Shown in pieces: positions 44,032 to 54,016 of a stretch of 64,000 bases of DNA. How positions within the stretch are numbered: position 1 is the first letter of the stretch; each line of letters opens with the position of its first letter. The notes under the pieces were generated by a model. The model was not told where the DNA came from, did no database searches, and saw nothing but the letters and a program-made list of their open reading frames with translations. This DNA comes from a virus. Its lineage: Duplodnaviria > Caudoviricetes. The stretch lies in IMG/VR virus record IMGVR_UViG_3300028364_000013. One strand, given 5' to 3'. The translations under genes and the position numbers were made by a program.

Positions 44032-47000
44032 TTATAATCCACGAAGTGGACTATACATACCTCCAGCATCAGTTGCAAGAGGCGGAGCTGCATTGAATGA
44101 CTTGTATGGCCCAATCATATTGAAGTTAAGAGAAACAAGAACCCACATAGGCTGAACTCTTCCACCCTCAAGTGTCCATGGAGCATCTGCATAATCAAAA
44201 CTAACGCTGTTTACAACAATATCATGGTTCCACCAATCACCAAGGTGAATGTGACAAATAGGAGGAGTAGTAAATGAGAATCCAGTTTCTGAACCATTAT
44301 CATTTGCAGCTGGCCTTGTAAGTTTAGACAAGAACTCAACTTTTCTTACGAAGTCAATCTTATCTCCAGAGAAATAGGCAGGCTGGAACATCAGATTCTT
44401 TTTCATCGTATTTATTCTCTTTATAGTATCTTCAGGCTTACAAGCTGTCTCTCCATTAATAAACTCTTTCTTTATTACATCTATATTATAAACGTTTCCA
44501 GCATTCGTGTTACTCTCAGAATAATCTGTAAGACCATTAAATTTATTATCAGCTTCCCCTATTGCATCATTAACTTTTCCAGCTTCTGTCTTAAGTTCTT
44601 GAGCTCTTTTATCCAGAATACCAGACTCAACCTCATTATTTTTCTTCTGCTCTTTATTAAAAATTGCATCTTGAGCATTTTTGGCCTTATTCTTAGCAGC
44701 AATAGTCTTTGTTTGAAACCATCCGAAAAAATCGTCTTGTTCTGTAGATTGCTCTATTTCTTCTTGTTTTGATTCAATAGCTGCTCCTTCATTTTGATTT
44801 TCGTCAATTTTTTTAGAAAGCTCTATAGCATCATCTTTTTGCTTATTTTGTTCAGCCTTAAGAGCTTCAATTTGATTTATTATATTTGTGTTTTGAGCCT
44901 TATCGCTATCAGTAAAGTGTTTATCGAAAGTTGCAGCAACCTTTTCCATACCTTCACTGTCCCAATCTCTACCAACATCAACACTTTGAGCGTAATCTGT
45001 TAATACGAAAAAAGAAATAGACGCATCTCTACTTGAATTGTTGTATGTATACACAGCCTCTGGTCTACCAAGGAAATTAACTGAATTCCAGTTGGCGTTC
45101 TCAGTATTTTGCATACTCATAATATAAGGAGGAAAATGAAACTGTTCCTCACTTGCATAATTTTTTATAAAGAAAACAAGCTTACCAGCATCTGAAGGCG
45201 CATAAGGATTCGCTACTGTATATCTTTGTCTTGAGATTCTTGGGCTACCATCTCTCTTAACACCTGTTATGTAAGCTCTATTGTTTTGTGGGTCAAAGTT
45301 TGGAGCAAGAGGTTCGTTACTTGCCTTAATAGTGTTCACAATATGTTTTACACCTCTTTTTCCAAGGAAGAAATCTTCATCCTCATAAGGGTTTCCAATA
45401 GATGTCTTAGCCATCATTGATTGCGCACTACCAAGTACTGCATCGTTTGCAGTTGGTCTCAATAAATCCATATTACCACCACCACCTTGATAGTAGGCGC
45501 CTCCATTTGCTTGTATTACTGAAGCTGGAGTTGTATTTGTTCTCAATTGAGACAACCCTCTAAATGAACCAATTGTATTTGAAATCAACTCCTGGAAACC
45601 ATCTTGATTGAATGATTCTAACTCTCCAAGAGAAGAAGGGTCTCCCGCTTGAAGTCTGTATAAATTAAACGCACTTCTTTCTAAACTATAATTTCTAATA
45701 GTTGAAGTTACTTGACCCTCTTTAAATGGTACGTATGTTTGTCTCTTAAAGAATGAATCTTCAAATTGACCACCTTTTTCTCCTATTGGATTAACAGAAT
45801 AAAGAGCATCACTAATCACTCTTGGCCTTCTTCCAGTTGGAAAATCTACTTTTTGACTGGTTCCATATAAACCTTGAATTTCGTTACCTTTCGTGACGAT
45901 ATAATCGTCAGTTGAGAAAATAGCCTTTGCTGTAGGCGTGTAGTATGGGTCAAGACGTGTATAATCAACTTTGTTAGTGTTTATACTACCTTGAGTAATT
46001 CTTCCTAAAGTCCAGTTTTCATTGCTCGATGTATATTCATTATTTGAAACTTGCCATCTATTTGAAATCTTATTGTTATCTCTAAATACTTCTGAGTCTG
46101 TTTCTAAATTTGTGTTCTTAGAAACATTCTTAGAAAGCAATAATTGTCTTAAAATTATACCTTGAGTAAATACTCTTGATATACCCAAGAATGCGCTGGT
46201 CCCAGCTCCATTAACATTTACTCCAAGCAATCCATATCCAGCATTTTTTGCAATAGCATCTGTTCTATATGTTGACGAATCTGTAAGAAGATTTTGAGCC
46301 AACGGAACATTAGAAGAAACAGCGTTATCTCTAAATGCAACAGAATCAGCAAGTATACTTGAATTATTTGGAACGTTAGCCGCAAGGTCTGTAGCTCTAT
46401 GAATAGCAGAATCAACACCAAGGTCACTTGTACTTGGGACGTTAGCTGATAAATCATCATCTCTAAAATCTTCTGAGTCAGTTAAAAGATTTGAACTATT
46501 AGGAACATTAGCAGAAAGGTCATCAGTTCTAAAAGGAGCTGAGTCATCTAAAAGGTCACTAAAGTTTGGTACATTTGTCGCTAAGTCATCATTTCTAAAC
46601 GGAACTGAATCTACCTCCAGGTCACTAAAATTTGGCGAGTTAGCAGAAAGGTCATCAGCTCTAAATGGAACTGAGTCTACTTCTAAATCCGTATCAATTG
46701 GTGAATTAGCAGAAAGGTCATCTAATCTAAAGTTTGCTGAATCTATCTCAAGGTCGCTTAAATTTGGAGTGTTCAACGACAAGTCATCATCTCTGAAGAC
46801 AACTGAGTCTGTTTCTAAATCTGTAAAACTTGGAGTATTAAAAGAAAGGTCATCGCTTCTAAATGGAATTGAATCTGTTTCTAAACTACTTTGAACTGGT
46901 TTATTTAACGACAAGTCATCAGCTCTAAATTGAGTTGAGTCTTTTTCAAGGTCTGATTGAATTGGTTTGTTTACAGACAGGTCATCAGCTCTAAATTGAA

Positions 47001-48390
47001 CTGAGTCTGTTTCTAAACTACTTTCGCTCGGCTTGTTTGCAGAAAGGTCGTCAGCTCTAAATTGAACTGAGTCTGTTTCTAAATCGCTTAAATTAACTTT
47101 ATTTGCTGACAGGTCGCTATCTCTAAATGGAACTGAGTCAAATTCTAAATTGCTTGTATTTGGTTTGTTTGCCGAAAGGTCATCGCTTCTAAATCTCTCA
47201 GAATCTTTTTCAAGGTCTGAATTTTTGTTAGGATTTAAAGCCAGGTCATCTTCTCTAAACTGAGCTGAGTCTGTTTCTAAATTTGTAGGATTAGGTCCGT
47301 TTTTAGAAAGTAGTTCAATTCTTTTTTCATCACCAATTTCATCTAATCCAATAGAGCCTTCTCCGCCTTTTGAAAGATTATTGTTTCTATATATTTCAGA
47401 ATCAGCTTTAAGGTCAGAATCGTTTGGAACATTCTTATGAATATTATCTCTTCTGTAAAGTTCGTTATCTCTTTCTATATCAGTTTTGTTTGGAACATTT
47501 CTGTTCAAATCTTTCTCTCTATACTGATTTCTAATATCTTCAGTATCTCTAAGAAGGTCTTGGTCCTTTGGTGGATTCTTACTTAAATCACCTTTTCTAA
47601 ATGCACCAGAGTCTTTTTCAAGGTCTGAATCATTAGGAGTATTCTTTGCAATAGATTGGTCTCTCTTAGCTTTAGAAATATCGTCTATATCTTGCTTCTT
47701 AATACCTTCAACATTTTTATGAAGGTTTCTTAACCTAAATGATTCAGAGTCCTTCTCAAGGTCTGTATCTATAGGTACGTTCTTATGAACATCATTCTTT
47801 CTATATTGATTTCTAAATGATTCAGAATCTTGAAGTAAATCTTGGTCCTTTGGTGAATTTTTTGCAATAGCATTCTCTCTAAAAGCTTGGCTATTTTTAT
47901 CAATATCATCGTTGAATGATAAATTAGGGTTGTTCTTCGCTAAATTGGTTCTTCTTAATTGTTCTGAATCTTTTTCAATATCAGATTTCTTAGGAGAGTT
48001 TTTTGCAATAAGATTATTTCTATAAGCCTCTCCAGACCTCATTAGATTATTTTTGTCATCTTGTATTTTTGCTCTTGCAAGCATTGAGTTTCTAAAATCT
48101 TCAGAAATTTTTGCAAGGTCAGTTTCATCAGTAACCAACTTAGCAATCAATTTATCTCTTATAATTTTTGCATCCTCTTCAAGATTTGACTTAAATGGAG
48201 TATTTTTAGACAATAGAGTTTCCCTTGTTCTTGGATAAAGAACATCATAAACGCTGGATGGTCTGACAATAGTTTTAGCAAGAAGTCTTTGTCTTGCGTT
48301 AGCCGAAAATTCTTCATAGTATTCTCTTAGCTTCTCCTCTTGTCTGGCAGCATCATCGTTTGGGTCAAATAAAGGGAATCCGTCTTCCAT
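44032..48390 (-). CDS. Baseplate/tube-initiator-like protein with ~30 N-terminal 22-aa repeats
   Basis: C-terminal FPPYI...NANWNSVNFLGRPEAVYTYNNSSR..SISF; repeats LS.N.P..SDLE.DS..FR.DD. Confidence 0.65.
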   Translation of the reverse strand: MEDGFPLFDPNDDAARQEEKLREYYEEFSANARQRLLAKTIVRPSSVYDVLYPRTRETLLSKNTPFKSNLEEDAKIIRDKLIAKLVTDETDLAKISEDFRNSMLARAKIQDDKNNLMRSGEAYRNNLIAKNSPKKSDIEKDSEQLRRTNLAKNNPNLSFNDDIDKNSQAFRENAIAKNSPKDQDLLQDSESFRNQYRKNDVHKNVPIDTDLEKDSESFRLRNLHKNVEGIKKQDIDDISKAKRDQSIAKNTPNDSDLEKDSGAFRKGDLSKNPPKDQDLLRDTEDIRNQYREKDLNRNVPNKTDIERDNELYRRDNIHKNVPNDSDLKADSEIYRNNNLSKGGEGSIGLDEIGDEKRIELLSKNGPNPTNLETDSAQFREDDLALNPNKNSDLEKDSERFRSDDLSANKPNTSNLEFDSVPFRDSDLSANKVNLSDLETDSVQFRADDLSANKPSESSLETDSVQFRADDLSVNKPIQSDLEKDSTQFRADDLSLNKPVQSSLETDSIPFRSDDLSFNTPSFTDLETDSVVFRDDDLSLNTPNLSDLEIDSANFRLDDLSANSPIDTDLEVDSVPFRADDLSANSPNFSDLEVDSVPFRNDDLATNVPNFSDLLDDSAPFRTDDLSANVPNSSNLLTDSEDFRDDDLSANVPSTSDLGVDSAIHRATDLAANVPNNSSILADSVAFRDNAVSSNVPLAQNLLTDSSTYRTDAIAKNAGYGLLGVNVNGAGTSAFLGISRVFTQGIILRQLLLSKNVSKNTNLETDSEVFRDNNKISNRWQVSNNEYTSSNENWTLGRITQGSINTNKVDYTRLDPYYTPTAKAIFSTDDYIVTKGNEIQGLYGTSQKVDFPTGRRPRVISDALYSVNPIGEKGGQFEDSFFKRQTYVPFKEGQVTSTIRNYSLERSAFNLYRLQAGDPSSLGELESFNQDGFQELISNTIGSFRGLSQLRTNTTPASVIQANGGAYYQGGGGNMDLLRPTANDAVLGSAQSMMAKTSIGNPYEDEDFFLGKRGVKHIVNTIKASNEPLAPNFDPQNNRAYITGVKRDGSPRISRQRYTVANPYAPSDAGKLVFFIKNYASEEQFHFPPYIMSMQNTENANWNSVNFLGRPEAVYTYNNSSRDASISFFVLTDYAQSVDVGRDWDSEGMEKVAATFDKHFTDSDKAQNTNIINQIEALKAEQNKQKDDAIELSKKIDENQNEGAAIESKQEEIEQSTEQDDFFGWFQTKTIAAKNKAKNAQDAIFNKEQKKNNEVESGILDKRAQELKTEAGKVNDAIGEADNKFNGLTDYSESNTNAGNVYNIDVIKKEFINGETACKPEDTIKRINTMKKNLMFQPAYFSGDKIDFVRKVEFLSKLTRPAANDNGSETGFSFTTPPICHIHLGDWWNHDIVVNSVSFDYADAPWTLEGGRVQPMWVLVSLNFNMIGPYKSFNAAPPLATDAGGMYSPLRGL
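46240..48225 (-). repeat. Coding tandem repeat, 66-nt/22-aa period
   Basis: Near-identical units start at 46981 and 47047 (66 nt apart). Confidence 0.9.
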
Positions 48391-48449
48391 TAATTAGTGT
48401 TTCTTATAAATAATAAAAGAAAAAAATTCAGGCATTAAATTAAAGCCTT

Positions 48450-51400
48450 TTATGTAACAATCGTTGTATCATCAACAATAATACTCTGAAGGTCTCTACC
48501 ATTAAGCTTAAGGTCAATTTGAATCTTTTGAGTTCCACCGCTCTTTCCGCCACCTTCTCCAACTTTACTAAGTTTAGCAAGAGCTTCAGCGATTTTATTA
48601 ATTGAGTCTCCCATAAGACCTCCTCCTATAGCGCCAATTGCCATAGACCAAGAAAGATTTCTAAGCATCTCAAGTTTTTCAAGGTCAAGACTGCTTGTTG
48701 CAGACATCAACCTTTCAAGACCTTCAGCCATCCTATCCAACCCATCTGCAGCAGCAGGAAGCGTTTCTCCAAGCGGAGCCATTACAGCGGCAAGACCAGA
48801 AAGGGTTCCAATCATCATAAGCATACCAAGAAGTAATATTGGATTAAGGAACATAAGCCCAGCAAATCCAAATCCAATTAAACCTGGAACTATGCCGAGA
48901 AGAGCGTCTCCCATTTTTGAGAAAGCTGTCCAATCCACAGCAGAAACCATAGTAGCCGCAACAGCAATGCCCATAAGCCCTAAAGAACCAAGCATCAACG
49001 CTGGAGCTGCCATCATAAGAGCAAGCCCACCAAGCAATAAACCTGGCGCTGCTAATAATAAATTCCAACCAAGGTCACCAAGCCACCCGAACTCCATTCC
49101 CTGCATTGCTGCAGCTGCAGCAGAAAATACCATAAGAGAAGCTCCAAACGCCATCAAAGCAATACCAACAGCGACTAAACCAAGAGCTCCAATTAATAAA
49201 AACATTCCAGCTGGAGTTGATAATAATAGACCAAGACCTATCAAGGTGACAACTGTTCCTAATAACATTAACACCGCCATACCAACAGCACTCCAGTTAA
49301 CTTCTGTAAATAACCCAAGAGCAAATGCAAACGGAATCAAAGACGCTCCAATTAAGACCATCATAAGTGCCCCTTTCATAATACCCTTAGCCCTACCAAG
49401 CGTTGATATACCTCTTGCGAGAGATTGAAATCCGAATACCACCAATTTACCTAACGCTCCAACAGCAGCCATAAGAAAAAGAGTTGGCATACCTGGAAGC
49501 ATCATTAACAATGCTGGCCCAGCAAGCGCTGTAGCAAGCACACCTTTCATTACAGTTCCAAAATCTGTACCCATTGCTTTAAGACCTTTAGCAAGCCTTT
49601 CTAATCCTGTCTCACCTTTTCCTTGTGGTGCAGAATCTGTAGCGCCAGCGCCAGGAACCTCAGGAGCCGCACTTTGCGCCATCTCTTTTCCTTTTCCGAT
49701 TCCCAATTTACCCATAAGACTTTTTCCGCCAGATGCCATAGCTTTAAATCCATCAAGAGATTTTCCAAGCATAGGAGCTGCGGCTACAAACGCAAGAAGA
49801 GCTGCGGCCACATACTTAAGAGGCCCTGGCATTCCCATAATACCTTGAATGAACGATGTCAAAACGTCCAGCACTGGCTGAAACAAAGTAAACATATTCA
49901 TTATAGTATTTTTAAACGCATCTATACTCTCTTGGAACGATTGATTTGCTTTAGCTTGCTCTTCAAGCGTTTTGGTGTCATCCATTTTTTTCTGAATAAG
50001 CTGTTGTGCCTGGTCTGCTGTCAAATCTTCAAGACTTGCTATTCCCATTTCATCAAGCATACCGCCTTCAAGAGCTTTACCATTAACATCTACAGAATCA
50101 AGAAGCATATTATTCATCATATCTTGGTCAAGAGGCTTTCCGTCTGGACCCATAACTTCTTCCAGCTGCATATCTGGTAAGAAATCCATTTTCTTATTAT
50201 CTTCCGCATTCTTTTGAATCATCTTCTGAATAGAATCCATTGACTGACCTGTTGCGTCAGCAACTATTTGAAGACGGTCAACATCAATTGCATCAAAAGA
50301 GAATGTTCCATCTTCTGCAAACGAACCTATGTCATCACCCATTGTAGTAAGAATCTTTTGAAGCTCTTCTGGGCCTTTACGAGCTGCAGAAAGCAAATCC
50401 ATTGGATTAATAGCCGCAAACGAACCACCAGCAAGCTGAAGTTGTGATGCCATATCCATGGCTCCTTCTATATTTCTTGCCTTAGCTGCAACATCAAATA
50501 TCTCATCAACATTCATACGAAGCCTTTCAGCAGTTGCAACCATTCTTGTCAAAGACTCTTCGCCACCCTGGAATCCCATCTGACGCATTTTATCAATATT
50601 TCTTGCAACACCTTGCAGGACTTTTTTGGTATTAACTCCAAACAACTTAGCCATCTTATTTGAACCTTCCATATATTCTTCCACTTCTCCTGCAGACTGC
50701 CCAGCTCTCATCATCTCTCCTGCAATCTTAGAAACCTCTTCAGAAGAAATTCCAGTAGCCTTTTGAATTGCTACAAAGTGCTCAGTTGCCGAAGCTAAAT
50801 ATTGAGTATCAATTGTTCTAAGTTCTTCACCAAGAGCTCCCATTAATGCGACTGTATCTTTAGTTGACATATTAAACTCAGCAGCCTTACTGGTAAGCTC
50901 TGTCATCTGAACTACATTGGAACTATCGAATACAAGACCAAAATCCTTTTGAGCATCCTTAAATGCTTGATTGGTTTGTTTCATGTGGTCAAATATAGAC
51001 TTAAACGCATTTCCAGAGTTTTTTTCGACCATGCTCCACATGTTCTTTCTAATGCTTGTTTCGGTCTTCATTTGATTTGCAGACTCAGCTTGTAAATTAT
51101 TTAACACAGCTTGTCCGTCAGACATTTGTTGAGTCAATCCAAGCAATTCTTGTTTTGCCTTAGCATCAAGAGAGTCGGTTGCAAGTATTTGCTCTACAGC
51201 ATCAAGCTCTCCGTTTCTAAGACTTTCTATCATAGACATCTTATCTGCAATAGAACTAAGAGGTAATTCGTCTAATATATCGCTTATTTCTTTGTTTGCA
51301 TCAAGCCAATCGTTAAAATGGGTTTCATTTTTACTATTAAAATCCTCTTTGTTTTTATGAAAATCATCATGAAGTTTTACCAGCTGTTCGAATTCATCCT

Positions 51401-51830
51401 TTTGGTCTCCTTGTAATTTGTTTATATCACCCCCAAGAGTTTTCATTCTATCTTGAACTTCTGATATATTAGTAAACTCTTGAGAAAGTTTTGATGCGTC
51501 AATAGAATTAAGAGATGCGGCAAATAAATCAGAAGATGATTTAACAGTCTTAAATGCGCCTTCTAAATTTAGAATTTGATTTGCCGCTTCAGATATGGCA
51601 GCTTTTTGACCTTCTATTGACTTCTTAGCGTCATTGATTAATTTAATTTCTTTTAATCTTTCTTCTTGAGTCTTTTTGGTTTGAGTCATGAAACCGCTAA
51701 AAGCAATACCCATTTCATTAGCAAGACTCGAAGCGGCCTGCTCTTGAGATTGAATTCTTTTGTTTATTGCATCGAGTGAATCTTGATAGGCTTTTGCCTT
51801 TTTCAGATTATCGTCCATATTGTCAGCCAT
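48450..51830 (-). CDS. Tape measure protein
   Basis: 1126 aa, helical, Ala/Gly/Met-rich hydrophobic C-terminal half; follows tail chaperone-like genes. Confidence 0.85.
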   Translation of the reverse strand: MADNMDDNLKKAKAYQDSLDAINKRIQSQEQAASSLANEMGIAFSGFMTQTKKTQEERLKEIKLINDAKKSIEGQKAAISEAANQILNLEGAFKTVKSSSDLFAASLNSIDASKLSQEFTNISEVQDRMKTLGGDINKLQGDQKDEFEQLVKLHDDFHKNKEDFNSKNETHFNDWLDANKEISDILDELPLSSIADKMSMIESLRNGELDAVEQILATDSLDAKAKQELLGLTQQMSDGQAVLNNLQAESANQMKTETSIRKNMWSMVEKNSGNAFKSIFDHMKQTNQAFKDAQKDFGLVFDSSNVVQMTELTSKAAEFNMSTKDTVALMGALGEELRTIDTQYLASATEHFVAIQKATGISSEEVSKIAGEMMRAGQSAGEVEEYMEGSNKMAKLFGVNTKKVLQGVARNIDKMRQMGFQGGEESLTRMVATAERLRMNVDEIFDVAAKARNIEGAMDMASQLQLAGGSFAAINPMDLLSAARKGPEELQKILTTMGDDIGSFAEDGTFSFDAIDVDRLQIVADATGQSMDSIQKMIQKNAEDNKKMDFLPDMQLEEVMGPDGKPLDQDMMNNMLLDSVDVNGKALEGGMLDEMGIASLEDLTADQAQQLIQKKMDDTKTLEEQAKANQSFQESIDAFKNTIMNMFTLFQPVLDVLTSFIQGIMGMPGPLKYVAAALLAFVAAAPMLGKSLDGFKAMASGGKSLMGKLGIGKGKEMAQSAAPEVPGAGATDSAPQGKGETGLERLAKGLKAMGTDFGTVMKGVLATALAGPALLMMLPGMPTLFLMAAVGALGKLVVFGFQSLARGISTLGRAKGIMKGALMMVLIGASLIPFAFALGLFTEVNWSAVGMAVLMLLGTVVTLIGLGLLLSTPAGMFLLIGALGLVAVGIALMAFGASLMVFSAAAAAMQGMEFGWLGDLGWNLLLAAPGLLLGGLALMMAAPALMLGSLGLMGIAVAATMVSAVDWTAFSKMGDALLGIVPGLIGFGFAGLMFLNPILLLGMLMMIGTLSGLAAVMAPLGETLPAAADGLDRMAEGLERLMSATSSLDLEKLEMLRNLSWSMAIGAIGGGLMGDSINKIAEALAKLSKVGEGGGKSGGTQKIQIDLKLNGRDLQSIIVDDTTIVT

Positions 51831-51857
51831 GCTCTTCTTTTATTATAAATAAATAAT

Positions 51858-51889
51858 AAAAAAAAAGCTGCCCAAATTAAAGGGCAGCT
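51858..51889 (-). terminator. Intrinsic terminator
   Basis: AGCTGCCC-AAATTAAA-GGGCAGCT with a U-tract on the minus strand. Confidence 0.75.
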
Positions 51890-51911
51890 GACTATATTAT
51901 ATTTATATTTT

Positions 51912-52400
51912 TTAAGAATTCATAAAACCTTTATACACTTTAGCTGGGTTGCTGTTTCCAACTGTGGCGTTAAAACCTGTTACCGCTTTTTTAAACACTG
52001 GACTTCCAGACTTAGCGCCATCCCTCATAACGTCAAGGTTAGCTGTTTTTTGGTAAATATTAAAAGCTTCCTTGTCGTCTTTGTGAGACATGATATTGTC
52101 TCTATGAGCAATAACTCTATCTAAAGAATTAGTGTCTGCTCTATTTTCTGAATCTCCAAACATTCTGAAGAAAGAAATAAAGTAAGGAATTCCAAATGGC
52201 AAAAGAAAACCTAAAGTCATGCCAATACCATTATCTTCAAGTACTGATTGGATAACCTTTGGGTCAATAGCTCCGAATATAAAATAAATCATTAAATTAT
52301 ATCCAATAAAAGCAATTATTGTAAGATTAAAAGGAATTACATAAAACCAGTACATAAGCACTTTAGCAATTGTAAGTAATATATTTTTAATAGTATTCAT
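51912..52400 (-). CDS. Membrane protein inserted in the tail cluster
   Basis: N-terminal TM segments; own promoter motif and terminator. Confidence 0.7.
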   Translation of the reverse strand: MNTIKNILLTIAKVLMYWFYVIPFNLTIIAFIGYNLMIYFIFGAIDPKVIQSVLEDNGIGMTLGFLLPFGIPYFISFFRMFGDSENRADTNSLDRVIAHRDNIMSHKDDKEAFNIYQKTANLDVMRDGAKSGSPVFKKAVTGFNATVGNSNPAKVYKGFMNS

Positions 52401-52429
52401 AACATTTTTAATTATTGGTTCTATATTCT

Positions 52430-52454
52430 TATACGATAAAACTTTAAAAATGTT
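52430..52454 (-). promoter_or_regulatory. AACATT-N13-CGTATA motif
   Basis: Minus strand AACATTTTTAAAGTTTTATCGTATA. Confidence 0.7.
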
Positions 52455-53961
52455 CTAAATTTTGTGAAATAATTTCACGAACAGCCTCTTGAAGGGTTCT
52501 TGCTTTCTTTTTTACTGGGTTTGTTTTATTTGACGCAGCAGAGCTTGCGCCTGGTACAACAGGTTGATTTTCATCTTCAATTCCTAAAAACCTCTTAATT
52601 CCAGACTTAGCCATATTTTTCACCTCATCATTAGAAACATCATGAATTCCATCCTTCTTCCTAACCTTAAGAACCATAGTGTCTACGAAGTTTTTAAGCA
52701 TAGATTCAATACGAAACATTGAGCCGTCAAGATTTTGGTCTAATACAGACTTTTCTTTTTCTTTTGATGCTGGTCCTATTAAATTTGAAAGATATGGATA
52801 TTTAGCTGGAGCGCCATCTAACACGTTATTTTTAAGAGCAGACTTAAGAGTTGTAAGGTCTGCTCTTAATATTTTATTCTCAAGATTTTTTACAGTATCC
52901 TTATACCCTTTTAGTTGGTCATTGTTTGTAAAGTTAAAAAATACTTTACCTAAATTATTTTTATATTGACCTCTCTTTCCTTTTATGGCAATAGGTTGTC
53001 CTGGAATATCTTTGATTCCGAACAAAGGAGCTTTAATCAGCTCAAAACTCTCTTGGTGAGCAGCAAGCTCTTCTGGAGACATTTCTTTTTCTCCACCAGC
53101 CGTAACAACCTCTGGCTCATAAGAAGTGTTTTCATCAACCACAACTTTTATTACAGAAGATGTAAAATCAAGCTTAAACTTTTCTTTAAATAAAACTGGT
53201 ATCTGTGTGTTACTAAAAACAGTATTGCTTACAAACTCTCCTTTTGTATTACCTCTCAAATAAGGCCACTTAACAGCAAGCTTAAACACCTCTTTTGTTA
53301 TTCCATTTTTAACTTGGAATTGGAAAATAGAATTTTTATCATCCAACCTCTTTATGACAGCTATTTCATGAACAGTTCCATCTTTTAATTGAATGGTGAT
53401 TTTACTGCCTGGCAGCACTCTAATAATGTTAAATTCGAACTTATTCTGATTGAATATTTTCATGTTTTTTTGCCCAAGAATTGTTTCAGACTCCTTAGTT
53501 GTCCCGTCTACAAAAGCAAATGGCGTAGTTAACCACTCAGCTCCTGGTCCAAATTGACCAACAAACGAATCTCCAGCAAACTTACCTCTAATGAATTTTC
53601 CACCTCTAAAGTTTCCAGATTCAAAAAGACAATTCTTAACAGAAGTTATTGCTCTACTACTTCCTTTTCCCTCTATTTGGATTGCGTCCGCCTTAAAAGT
53701 AGAATTAGATAACCAATTTATGTTTTTGTTTGACCAGTCCAACTTAGTCCATGCACCATAATTAGGCAAAGGGTTGGCAATCATACTTTTTGTATTAGGG
53801 AAAATAATTTTATGGTCAGGAGATATTACAATCACATCATCATGATATAAAGCCTCAGATGAACCCGTTTCTTTTTTCTTAAAAGGGTTACTAAAAACCT
53901 CTTCAAACGCTTGATTTGCGCTCTCTCTTAAATTTTGTAGTTTATTTGATTGTTCTTCCAT
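52444..53961 (-). CDS. Hypothetical (probably virion) protein, 505 aa
   Basis: Long ORF after TATTTATT (53980-53987). Confidence 0.75.
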   Translation of the reverse strand: MEEQSNKLQNLRESANQAFEEVFSNPFKKKETGSSEALYHDDVIVISPDHKIIFPNTKSMIANPLPNYGAWTKLDWSNKNINWLSNSTFKADAIQIEGKGSSRAITSVKNCLFESGNFRGGKFIRGKFAGDSFVGQFGPGAEWLTTPFAFVDGTTKESETILGQKNMKIFNQNKFEFNIIRVLPGSKITIQLKDGTVHEIAVIKRLDDKNSIFQFQVKNGITKEVFKLAVKWPYLRGNTKGEFVSNTVFSNTQIPVLFKEKFKLDFTSSVIKVVVDENTSYEPEVVTAGGEKEMSPEELAAHQESFELIKAPLFGIKDIPGQPIAIKGKRGQYKNNLGKVFFNFTNNDQLKGYKDTVKNLENKILRADLTTLKSALKNNVLDGAPAKYPYLSNLIGPASKEKEKSVLDQNLDGSMFRIESMLKNFVDTMVLKVRKKDGIHDVSNDEVKNMAKSGIKRFLGIEDENQPVVPGASSAASNKTNPVKKKARTLQEAVREIISQNLEHF

Positions 53962-54016
53962 TTCAAAGAATAGTTTAATAATAAATAGGTTATTTTTTTA
54001 AATAAACACCTAATCA

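Noticed and set aside
46240-48225. CRISPR array
   Set aside because: The repeats are in-frame 66-nt coding units without unique spacers. No repeat-spacer array was seen anywhere in the window.
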